This document shows positions 55,851-63,603 of a DNA stretch of 64,000 nucleotides, piece after piece. Both the position numbers and the translations under genes were made by a program. The stretch covers positions 76,542 through 140,541 of the forward strand of contig CAIXFY010000027.1 of NCBI GenBank assembly GCA_903918885.1. Reading direction: 5' to 3'. Position 1 is the first letter of the stretch. Every line of letters starts with the position of its first letter. The notes under the pieces are model-generated. The model worked only from the letters and a program-made list of their open reading frames with translations. It did no database searches and was not told the origin of the DNA. The DNA comes from an uncultured Verrucomicrobia subdivision 3 bacterium (GTDB lineage Bacteria; Verrucomicrobiota; Verrucomicrobiia; Limisphaerales; UBA11358).

Positions 55851-56833
55851 AAATTTCCGGTGTGTGCGGGTGGGCCGCTGCGCAACCACGGCGGCAACTG
55901 TGCCTGCCATTCGGGTCTTTTGGTCGGAGCAATTGAGGCTGGCCGACTGACTCCCGGCAGCGGAAGAATCCCTGTCGGACGGCCAATGTCACTATGCAGC
56001 GGCATCACTGAAGCACCAGATGGATTAAAGCTTGGCAACACTTCTAAATTAGGATTGCGCACAGGTGCAACGGTCACCGTAAAAGGTGTCTGCACCGGCA
56101 TTTTTTCGGGCGGCGCACTCGGTTCCATCATGGCGCGAAAACGTTCCATCGCCGCAATTTGTTCCAAATCCGGTTTAGGTTGGTTGGGTTGGGCAAAAGC
56201 GCTGGCCCAGACCGAATCCTGTTTTTCGTTGGGCAGCGTCTGAGTTTCAGCTGCGTTCAAAAACTGGTTGAAATACTTGCTGTTCCCCGGAGGGAGTTTG
56301 TCTCCGTGCTGTGAAAAATTTCCGTATTCGTCTTTTTGTTGCTTCTGCTCGAATGGATTATTTGCCTGCTCGCGCCAGAATGACGTGCTCATCCGACCAT
56401 TGGTCGCCGAACTTTCGGTCGTCCGGCTTTCGCGCATGAGGTATTGCTCCTCCAACGAAGATTTTTTTTCATCCGTCGGTTTTGTCATGCCGAGGATTTG
56501 TTCCGGCGTCTGCACGCCGAGAATTTGTTCCGGGGTAAGCAACGTCCAGTTTTTCCGCTTGGCTAGCGCCTCTTTTACCGATGGGTCTTGATTGTTTACG
56601 ATCACCGGCGCGGGCGCACCCAAATTGTCCGGTGTGTAATCTTTGAACAAATCGCGCGGCGCACTGAAATCCTTGGCGTTGCCCGGCCGCGGCCCGGAGT
56701 CCATGAAGGAATTGGCCTTGTCCGCTGCTGTGCCCGCTGGCTTCGAGAAAATAATCGTCTGCTGTGCCCGCAGAGAAACCGTCGCTGCGCCAAAGGCGAG
56801 CATCATCAATAATTTGGACGGACGAAAATTCAT
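55847..56833 (-). CDS. Secreted protein of unknown function (Pro/Gln-rich)
   Basis: A signal peptide starts at the internal ATG at 56833 (MNFRPSKLLMMLAFGAATVSLRAQ). The ORF is open from 56863. It contains a 9-aa tandem duplication, TPEQILGVQ/TPEQILGMT. I recognised no motif. Confidence 0.5.
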   Translation of the reverse strand: MNFRPSKLLMMLAFGAATVSLRAQQTIIFSKPAGTAADKANSFMDSGPRPGNAKDFSAPRDLFKDYTPDNLGAPAPVIVNNQDPSVKEALAKRKNWTLLTPEQILGVQTPEQILGMTKPTDEKKSSLEEQYLMRESRTTESSATNGRMSTSFWREQANNPFEQKQQKDEYGNFSQHGDKLPPGNSKYFNQFLNAAETQTLPNEKQDSVWASAFAQPNQPKPDLEQIAAMERFRAMMEPSAPPEKMPVQTPFTVTVAPVRNPNLEVLPSFNPSGASVMPLHSDIGRPTGILPLPGVSRPASIAPTKRPEWQAQLPPWLRSGPPAHTGNF

Positions 56834-56929
56834 CTGCGTTTTATACGCTAAAGCAATGGACAACCTCCGTCAAAAAAGAATTCAAAATGAAATCCGCGCG
56901 CTGCTGGTTTTTTGCTCCCAACTCCGGTT

Positions 56930-57175
56930 TTACTGCCGCTCGTATTCGCCCTTGCCGAGTCGTTTATAGACTTGGAAGCCCGACTTCTTCGCGTCCGAGA
57001 TGGACAGCGGCTTGAGCTTGTGCGGCGTGCTGAAGCCGGAAATGATCTTGCGCACCGGCTTTTTGCACGCCGGGCATTTCGTCAGCGGCGCGGCGGACAG
57101 CGGGCGGTTCAGCGTGAATGTCCCGCCGCACGCCTTACACTCGCCCTCACAGATTTCGTATTCGTAAAGTGGCAT
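56930..57175 (-). CDS. FmdB-family zinc-ribbon protein (CxxC-CxxC)
   Basis: It begins with the MPLYEYE start typical of the family, then CKACG ... CPACK. I prefer the ATG at 57175 over the ORF start at 57226. Confidence 0.8.
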   Translation of the reverse strand: MPLYEYEICEGECKACGGTFTLNRPLSAAPLTKCPACKKPVRKIISGFSTPHKLKPLSISDAKKSGFQVYKRLGKGEYERQ

Positions 57176-57271
57176 GGATGATTTTTTCAACAACCTAACC
57201 TGAAAGTCAACCGGTTGCGTCGCCAATTTTACTTTTCTTTCGCCACCCGAAGTTTAATTTGCCGGACGCAA

Positions 57272-58693
57272 ATGGCCTTGAAACTGTTCAATACGCTGAC
57301 CCGCTCCGTGCACGAGTTTGTCCCGCTTGATTCGCAGAAGAAAAAAGTCGGGATGTATTGTTGCGGGCCGACGGTTTATGACTTCGCGCACATCGGCAAC
57401 TGGCGCACGTTCGTCTTCGCCGATCTCGTCCGCCGCACGCTGGAATTTTCCGACTACGACGTGACGCACGTCATGAACATCACCGACGTGGAAGACAAAA
57501 TCATCAAGCGCGTCCGCGAACAGAAAACCACGCTGCGCGAGTTCACCGGCAAATTTGAAACCGCTTTCTTGGAAGATTTAAAAACGCTGAATTGTTTGCC
57601 GCCAAAACAAACGCCACGCGCCACGGAACACATCCCGGAGATCATCGCGCTCATCGAAAAGCTCGTCGCGCGCGGCGTGGCCTACAAAGCAGCCGATGGC
57701 TCGGTTTATTTTTCCATTGAGAAATATCGCGGCTGCGGTTGCCACTACGGCCAGTTGCTGAAACTGAATCTGGACGAAATGCGCGCCGGCGAACGCGTCG
57801 CCAGCGACGAATACGAAAAGGAATCCGTCGCCGACTTCGCGCTCTGGAAGGCGCGCGTGTCGGACGACGGCGAGGTTTTCTGGCCGAGTCCGTTTGGCGA
57901 AGGCCGGCCCGGCTGGCACATCGAATGTTCCGCCATGAGCATCAAGGCGCTCGGCGAAACCTTTGACCTGCACCTCGGCGGCGAGGATTTGAAATTTCCG
58001 CATCACGAAGACGAAATCGCCCAAAGTGAAGGCGCGACCGGCAAGCCATTCGTAAAATTCTGGCTGCACGGCGCGCATCTGCTCGTCGAAGGCAAGAAGA
58101 TGAGCAAGTCGCTGGGAAATTTTTTCACGCTGCGCGATTTGCTGGCGAAAGGTTTCACCGGCCGCGAAGTGCGTTATCTGCTGCTCACCGCGCACTACCG
58201 CGAAACATTTAATTTTACCCTCGATGGCTTGGCCGGCGCGAAATCCGCGCTGGCGCGGATTGACGAATGCGTGGGCAAGCTGCGCGATATCGCTGGCGAC
58301 TTCAAAACGAGTGAGTTTGCCAAACAAGCCACCGACAGCCTACTAGTAAAAAGTTTTTCTGCCGCACTTGCAGATGATCTGAATATTTCCGCCGCGTGGG
58401 CTTCGGTTTTCGAATGGGTGCGTGAAACGAATAAACACATTGCCGACAATTCAATCCCAGACCATGAAGCCGCTTTTGCTTTAGCCGCGTGGGAAAAAGT
58501 AGATTCCGTCCTCGGCGTCGGCGTGAAAGCCGAAGCTGAAGTTCCCGCTGAGATTTCTGCGCTCGCCGACGAACGCACCGCGGCGAAGAAGGCGAAAGAT
58601 TTCAAGCGTAGCGACGCGATTCGCGACGAGTTGAAAGTCAAAGGCTGGGTTGTCGAAGACACGCCGAAGGGCATAAAGTTGAAAAGGATTTGA
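57272..58693 (+). CDS. cysS: Cysteine--tRNA ligase
   Basis: Motifs seen: MYCCGPTVYDFAHIGN (HIGH), GWHIECS, HGAHLLVEGKKMSKSLGN (KMSKS). I prefer the ATG at 57272 (MALKLFNTLTR). Confidence 0.95.
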   Translation: MALKLFNTLTRSVHEFVPLDSQKKKVGMYCCGPTVYDFAHIGNWRTFVFADLVRRTLEFSDYDVTHVMNITDVEDKIIKRVREQKTTLREFTGKFETAFLEDLKTLNCLPPKQTPRATEHIPEIIALIEKLVARGVAYKAADGSVYFSIEKYRGCGCHYGQLLKLNLDEMRAGERVASDEYEKESVADFALWKARVSDDGEVFWPSPFGEGRPGWHIECSAMSIKALGETFDLHLGGEDLKFPHHEDEIAQSEGATGKPFVKFWLHGAHLLVEGKKMSKSLGNFFTLRDLLAKGFTGREVRYLLLTAHYRETFNFTLDGLAGAKSALARIDECVGKLRDIAGDFKTSEFAKQATDSLLVKSFSAALADDLNISAAWASVFEWVRETNKHIADNSIPDHEAAFALAAWEKVDSVLGVGVKAEAEVPAEISALADERTAAKKAKDFKRSDAIRDELKVKGWVVEDTPKGIKLKRI

Positions 58694-58707
58694 TTTACTC
58701 GCCAACG

Positions 58708-58735
58708 CGTAAATCGTAAATCGTAAATCGTAAAT
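58708..58735. repeat. (CGTAAAT)x4 perfect tandem heptamer between cysS stop and tmk start
   Basis: Sequence: CGTAAATCGTAAATCGTAAATCGTAAAT, with the next base G. The last two bases of the repeat are the A and T of the tmk ATG (58734-58736). Confidence 0.9.
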
Positions 58736-59396
58736 GCCGAAAGGTCTATTCATCACGTTTGAAGGCACGGAAGGCTGCGGCAAGTCTACGCAGATCAAGC
58801 TGCTGGCCGAGCATATCAAGGCCATCGGGCATCGCGTGCGGCTGTTGCGCGAGCCGGGCGGCACGCCCATCGGCGAGGAAATCCGCCACACGCTCAAGCA
58901 CAGTAAGAACAATCAGGCGATGACCGCCGAGGCGGAGTTGCTACTGATGAACGCCAGCCGCGCGCAAATCGTCCGTGAAATCATCCGCCCCGCGCTGGCC
59001 GCCGGCGAAATGATTTTGTGCGACCGCTTTTACGATTCCACGACGGCGTATCAAGGTTTTGGCCGGGAGCTGGATTTGGAAAAAGTGAAGTCCATCATTG
59101 AGTTTGCGGTTGGCGAAACGAAACCGGATGTGACTTTATTTTTGCACGTCCCGGCGGAAGTCAGCGCCGAGCGATTGCGCTCGCGTCAGTCCACCCTACC
59201 TTTGGAATTGCAGCGGGATCGTTTCGAAGAAGCTGATCGCAAATTTTTCGAGCGCGTGGCGCACGGCTACGGTGTCATCGCTGCGAATGAGCCGAAGCGC
59301 ATTAAAGTCATCAACGGTGCGCAGCCAGTTGAAATCGTCTGCGCCCGCATCTGGGAAACCATCCAGCCGGTGCTGCCAAAAATTGGCCGCTGGTGA
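58734..59396 (+). CDS. tmk: Thymidylate kinase
   Basis: 220 aa. The P-loop is FITFEGTEGCGKST, with DRFYDSTTAYQG and the usual LID region. Confidence 0.93.
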   Translation: MPKGLFITFEGTEGCGKSTQIKLLAEHIKAIGHRVRLLREPGGTPIGEEIRHTLKHSKNNQAMTAEAELLLMNASRAQIVREIIRPALAAGEMILCDRFYDSTTAYQGFGRELDLEKVKSIIEFAVGETKPDVTLFLHVPAEVSAERLRSRQSTLPLELQRDRFEEADRKFFERVAHGYGVIAANEPKRIKVINGAQPVEIVCARIWETIQPVLPKIGRW

Positions 59397-59439
59397 TTTT
59401 GTTTGCCGGATTCAAATCGAAGAGTAAGTTGCTTCTAGC

Positions 59440-59772
59440 ATGATCGAAAAAACCATCAGCGAGATTGAGGCGAAAATCGGCGGCGCAGAATCCGTGAACG
59501 CCGAGCACAAGGCGGAGTTGCTGAAATTGCTTGGCACTTTGAAGACTGAAGTCGCTAAGCTTTCCGAAACTCACGGCGAACAGGCGGACAGCATCGCTAA
59601 TTTTGCTAGGCTCTCCGCGCACGAGGCCACGCGCACCGCGCCCAACCCGCAGTTGCGAGAACTTTCCAATCAAGGCCTGCGTTCGTCAGTGGATGGTATC
59701 GAGCAATCGCATCCGCGCCTCGTTCAAATCGTCAACGCTATCAGTAAGACGCTGTCGGACTTGGGGATTTAA
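59440..59772 (+). CDS. Small helical protein, DUF4404-like
   Basis: 110 aa, predicted all-helical. The C-terminal SHPRLVQIVNAISKTLSDLGI resembles the DUF4404 terminus as I recall it. It overlaps the convergent plsC stop by 4 nt. Confidence 0.4.
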   Translation: MIEKTISEIEAKIGGAESVNAEHKAELLKLLGTLKTEVAKLSETHGEQADSIANFARLSAHEATRTAPNPQLRELSNQGLRSSVDGIEQSHPRLVQIVNAISKTLSDLGI

Positions 59773-60407
59773 TCCACCTTCGGTTCCAGCTTCGCAATCG
59801 CCGCCATGATTTCGTTGGCGACCTGCAGGTAAATTTCCTTCAGCCGCGTCTTGTCGCAAGATTTCGCCTCGGCACGCAAGGTATCAAAGTTCATCGGTTT
59901 GCCATATTTCACGACGACCCGATGCGGTCGCGGAAATTTATGATTTCGACCGTAAGCCTCAAAGGTTCCGAACACGCGCACCGGCACCACCGGCGCTTGC
60001 GATTTTATGACAGTGAGCCCGATGCCGGAGCGCGCCGGCTGTAAATTACCGTCTTTCGTCCGCGTGCCTTCGGGAAATAAAATGATGCCGGCTCCGTTGA
60101 GCAGTCGATCTAAAATAATTTTCAATCCTTTCGCGCCGCCGCCATCGCGGTCTACCGGAACAGCGTTCCACGAACGCAGCAGCGCACCGATGCCGGGAAA
60201 GCGGAACAGTGATTCACGGCCAAGATAATTGATATCGCGCTTAAGGCCACAGCCAACCAGCGGCGGATCCAGAAAGCTCGCGTGGTTCGAGGCCAGAATC
60301 ACGCCACCTTGTAAAGGAACGTTTTCCGCGCCAAACACGCGCCACCGGAAATACGTGGCATACATGGCGCGGAAACAAGTCCACGCGATGCGATAGGAGA
60401 GGTTCAT
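59769..60407 (-). CDS. plsC: 1-acyl-sn-glycerol-3-phosphate acyltransferase
   Basis: Motifs seen: the HX4D motif ASNHASFLD, the FPEGTRT motif, and VPVRV. The ATG at 60407 overlaps the cmk stop (ATGA). The ORF is open from a GTG at 60449. Confidence 0.88.
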   Translation of the reverse strand: MNLSYRIAWTCFRAMYATYFRWRVFGAENVPLQGGVILASNHASFLDPPLVGCGLKRDINYLGRESLFRFPGIGALLRSWNAVPVDRDGGGAKGLKIILDRLLNGAGIILFPEGTRTKDGNLQPARSGIGLTVIKSQAPVVPVRVFGTFEAYGRNHKFPRPHRVVVKYGKPMNFDTLRAEAKSCDKTRLKEIYLQVANEIMAAIAKLEPKVD

Positions 60408-61066
60408 TTTTCCACCAACATTAGCCTGCGGATTTCGGCCAACAGCCACGCGCTGGTTTCAGCCGAGGTCATGCTGGAGTTGTTCAGGACTTTTGCACCG
60501 AGCGCGATCATCAGCGGCGCGACCGCGCGCTGGCTGTCGCGCTGGTCGCGCGCGGCGAGATTTTCATTCACGCCGTCAGCCGTGCGCCGCGCCGTGCGTT
60601 CAGCTAGCGAAGCATCGAGGTAAAATTTGTAATCCGTTTCCGGAAAAACATTCGTGCCAATATCGCGGCCTTCCATGACCAGATTGCCAAACTGGATGCA
60701 GTCGCGCTGCGTCTGCTTCATCCATTTACGCACATTGGGCACGGCGGCAACGTGCGATACGGCGGCGGCAGTTTCCGGCATGCGGATTTCTTTCTCCGGG
60801 AAATAGCTATCCACGAGCAGCCGCACCGAGCGCAGACCGTCGTTTTCGGCGCATTCCAGCTTGGTCTTCCACTTGCGACAAGCGGCGGCCACGGCCTTGG
60901 CGTCGTTCACGTCCACGTGCTTGAGCAGGCAATGCCACGCCAGCGTGCGATACATCGCGCCGGTGTCCACATAAACGTAGCCGAGCGCGCGGGCGACGAG
61001 CTTGGCGTTTGTGCTTTTGCCGCTGGCACTTGTGCCGTCAATGGCGATGACAATGTTGTTTTTCAA
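60404..61066 (-). CDS. cmk: Cytidylate kinase
   Basis: 220 aa. Motifs seen: IAIDGTSASGKST, YVDTGAMYR, MEGRDIGT. The start appears to be TTG, as there is no in-frame ATG upstream of the P-loop. Confidence 0.9.
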   Translation of the reverse strand: MKNNIVIAIDGTSASGKSTNAKLVARALGYVYVDTGAMYRTLAWHCLLKHVDVNDAKAVAAACRKWKTKLECAENDGLRSVRLLVDSYFPEKEIRMPETAAAVSHVAAVPNVRKWMKQTQRDCIQFGNLVMEGRDIGTNVFPETDYKFYLDASLAERTARRTADGVNENLAARDQRDSQRAVAPLMIALGAKVLNNSSMTSAETSAWLLAEIRRLMLVEK

Positions 61067-61083
61067 AATAAATTCTTGGTTTA

Positions 61084-61150
61084 GACACAGATTTTACTGA
61101 TCAACACGGATTCAATCCGTGAAAATCCGTGCAATCCGTGTCTCAATCCG
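61084..61150. repeat. AATCCGTG short-period repeat cluster with inverted copy in the aroA-cmk spacer
   Basis: GACACAGAT is at 61084-61092 and the inverted CACGGATT at 61105-61112. AATCCGTG occurs at 61114, 61124 and 61133, and AATCCG at 61145, which overlaps the aroA stop. ATCCGTGTC at 61134-61142 is complementary to GACACAGAT apart from one G.T pair. Confidence 0.75.
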
Positions 61151-62615
61151 CAAACAATTCTTCGTGCGTCAATTTTCTGCCGGTTCGTGCGTCCAAAATA
61201 GTTGCGCCCAAACCATTGGGAGGTGGCCCTGCCACCTTTTGGAAAAAATTCGGGAACGTCTTTTTAACGCAGGCGGGATTTTTAATTTTTATGCCCGGCA
61301 CTTTCAATCCCAGAATCGCAAAACACATCGCCATGCGATGGTCGTTGTAGGTTTCAATCTCCGCGCCGTGAAGCTGCGACGGCCAAACCGTCAGCGTGTC
61401 GCCTTCCTCGACGACTTTCGCGCCGCACTTGGTCAGTTCCGTCCGCAATGCGACGACGCGCTCGCATTCCTGAACGCGCAGGCGGCCAAGATCGGTAAAA
61501 AGAATTTCGCTCAACCCTGTTGCAACTAAAGCGATTAAAGTCATTATGCTGTCGCCGAGATCGTCTTTCCGAGATCGCTTTGGCAGCGCTGGCGCAGGAG
61601 GTTGCCGGGGGGCATTGCGAAGTCTTTCACGCCAATCTGGTTCTCCTTTGGCATCGTTTGACTCTTCAATGCGCCAATTTAATTTCGCCAGAAATATGAT
61701 TTGATCTAGAAATTTGCTATCAATTTGCCAACCAGTAAAATGTGGCCAATTTAGAACATCGACAGGTGAACTTAAATTCCCATTCCGTTCTACAATCGCT
61801 TCCATTTCTTTGGCTGAATACAAATAATTGACTCCTAAAAAATAACTCCCGCTGCTCGCATCCGGCTCGATTTGAAATTCACCGCCTTTGGGAAACGCCT
61901 CGATGAGTTTGCTCGTCATCGCCACATACGGCGATTCGTCCGCGTTCTCGCCAACAATTTCAATTTCCCAGCCGCCATGCTTGGCCGAGAGCAGCAACGC
62001 CGACGCGAACTGCGAACTTTCCTCGATGCTGACGCGGCATTTTTTCTTTTGCCACAGAGGCGCAGAGGACACTGAGTTGGAATTTCCCCCCTCTGTGCGC
62101 TCGGTGTCTCTGTGGCTAATTCTAACGGGCAACTTGTCATTGCCCTGCTCGGATTCCACGCGGTAACCGAGTTCGCGCAGCGCCGAAAACAGCGCGGCCT
62201 GCGGACGTTCGTGCATTCGCGGCACGCCGTGCAACCGATACACACCGCTGCCGAGACAGAGAAACGGCGCGAGAAACCGCGCCGCCGTGCCGGCATTGCC
62301 CACGAACAAATCCAGCGGCTGCGTTTCCGTGCCGCCGCGCGGAACCACGCCACCATTGCCGTAAACCGTGATGGTGCGATTGCAAGTCTCGTTTGGATCC
62401 GCTTCCACATTCACCATGAAGCCAAGTTCCTGCAAACACTCGACCATGATTTGCGTGTCTTCGCTCCAGAGCGCGCCGCGCAAAACCGTTTCGCCATCCG
62501 CCAACGCCGCGAGAATCAGCGCGCGGTTGGTGATGCTCTTGGAACCGGGCACGGTAATTTCCGCGCGCACCGGCGCGGTCAGTGGAACAATTTCGATGAG
62601 TTCGGGAAGCGCCAT
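61143..62615 (-). CDS. aroA: 3-phosphoshikimate 1-carboxyvinyltransferase (EPSP synthase) carrying in-frame insertions
   Basis: Motifs seen: VPGSKSITNRALILAALADG, LFVGNAGTAARFL, SSQFASALLL, DASSGSYF, RVQECERV, DHRMAMCFAILGL. I prefer the ATG at 62615 (MALPELIEI), 7 nt downstream of the tyrA stop (62623), although the ORF is open from 62687. At 490 aa it is longer than the typical 430-450 aa. Confidence 0.9.
   Translation of the reverse strand: MALPELIEIVPLTAPVRAEITVPGSKSITNRALILAALADGETVLRGALWSEDTQIMVECLQELGFMVNVEADPNETCNRTITVYGNGGVVPRGGTETQPLDLFVGNAGTAARFLAPFLCLGSGVYRLHGVPRMHERPQAALFSALRELGYRVESEQGNDKLPVRISHRDTERTEGGNSNSVSSAPLWQKKKCRVSIEESSQFASALLLSAKHGGWEIEIVGENADESPYVAMTSKLIEAFPKGGEFQIEPDASSGSYFLGVNYLYSAKEMEAIVERNGNLSSPVDVLNWPHFTGWQIDSKFLDQIIFLAKLNWRIEESNDAKGEPDWRERLRNAPRQPPAPALPKRSRKDDLGDSIMTLIALVATGLSEILFTDLGRLRVQECERVVALRTELTKCGAKVVEEGDTLTVWPSQLHGAEIETYNDHRMAMCFAILGLKVPGIKIKNPACVKKTFPNFFQKVAGPPPNGLGATILDARTGRKLTHEELFAD
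62051..62116. repeat. 66-nt palindromic AGCCACAGA-family element inside the aroA reading frame
   Basis: GCCACAGAG (62051-59) pairs with CTCTGTGGC (62108-16). GCGCAGAGG (62060-68) pairs with CCTCTG(TG)CGC (62090-100). On the minus strand it is translated as SHRDTERTEGGNSNSVSSAPLW. Confidence 0.8.
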
Positions 62616-62622
62616 TGGGAAA

Positions 62623-63513
62623 TCATTCCGACGAAGTTGAAGCGGAACCGGCGCACCAGTTGTCGCGGCGTTCTTTCGCGGTGGCAAAAAACTTTTCCAC
62701 GGCTTTCGCGTCGCTCTTTTTTAGAGCCGACTGAAACTTTTTCAATTCGCCGACGAATTTGTCTAACGACTGCGACACATTTTTCCGGTTGGCCAATGCA
62801 ATGTCGCGCCACATCTCCGGCGAGCCGGACGCAATGCGCGTCGTGTCGCGAAAGCCTGTTGCACACAAGCCAACCTGTGACTTGGGATGCTTCGGATCCA
62901 AAACCAAGCTCGCGAGCGCGGCAGCAGCGATATGCGGCAAATGACTCGTGCGACTCACCAGCAAATCGTGTTTTGCCGCGTCCAGCCGCAGCGTGCGCGC
63001 ACCCAGCGATTTCCAAAATTGCTCCACTTTGCGGACGGCGGCGGAGTTGGATTTCTTTGTGGGCGTAACGACGCAAACGGCGTTCGCATACAAATCCGAC
63101 TTGGCCGCGAGCACACCCATTTTTTCGCCGCCAGCCATCGGATGGCTGCCGACAAAATGCGCGCCGACTTTTTGCACCAGCGATTCCAGTTCGCGCACGA
63201 CATCGGCTTTCACGCTGCCAACATCGGTGACAGTCGCGCCGCGTTTGAGCGCGGGGAGAATTTGTTGCGCCAGCGCCTGCATCTGCGCTAGCGGCGTGCA
63301 AAGAATAACCAGATCAGCATTGAAAACCGCCGCGAATAAATCTGTCGTGGCATAATCCACTGCGCCCGCCCGCTCACAATCTTTCAAGCTCGCGGCGCGG
63401 CGGACAAAGCCGGCAACTTCGCCCGCCAACCGACGTTGCCGCGCGGCTAAGCCGATGGAGCCACCCAGCAGGCCAACACCGATGATGGAAATTTTCTGGA
63501 ACTGCACGCGCAA
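62623..63513 (-). CDS. tyrA: Prephenate dehydrogenase
   Basis: 296 aa. The Rossmann motif is ISIIGVGLLGGSIGLA, with DVGSVK and GSHPMAGGE also present. The start is TTG (63513) or GTG (63507), as no ATG is available. Confidence 0.88.
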   Translation of the reverse strand: MRVQFQKISIIGVGLLGGSIGLAARQRRLAGEVAGFVRRAASLKDCERAGAVDYATTDLFAAVFNADLVILCTPLAQMQALAQQILPALKRGATVTDVGSVKADVVRELESLVQKVGAHFVGSHPMAGGEKMGVLAAKSDLYANAVCVVTPTKKSNSAAVRKVEQFWKSLGARTLRLDAAKHDLLVSRTSHLPHIAAAALASLVLDPKHPKSQVGLCATGFRDTTRIASGSPEMWRDIALANRKNVSQSLDKFVGELKKFQSALKKSDAKAVEKFFATAKERRDNWCAGSASTSSE

Positions 63514-63603
63514 AAAGATAACGGAAGCGAGGTGGTTCGTGAATCGCTAAATCGTTGAATTGTAAATCCGGCTTCCCATGAACCGTTGGAACGATTCGAC
63601 GAA

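Noticed and set aside
61105-61150. CRISPR-like array of AATCCGTG units.
   Set aside because: The units are only 8 nt with 9-12-nt periodicity. There are no spacers of CRISPR size and no cas genes, so this is a short-period repeat.
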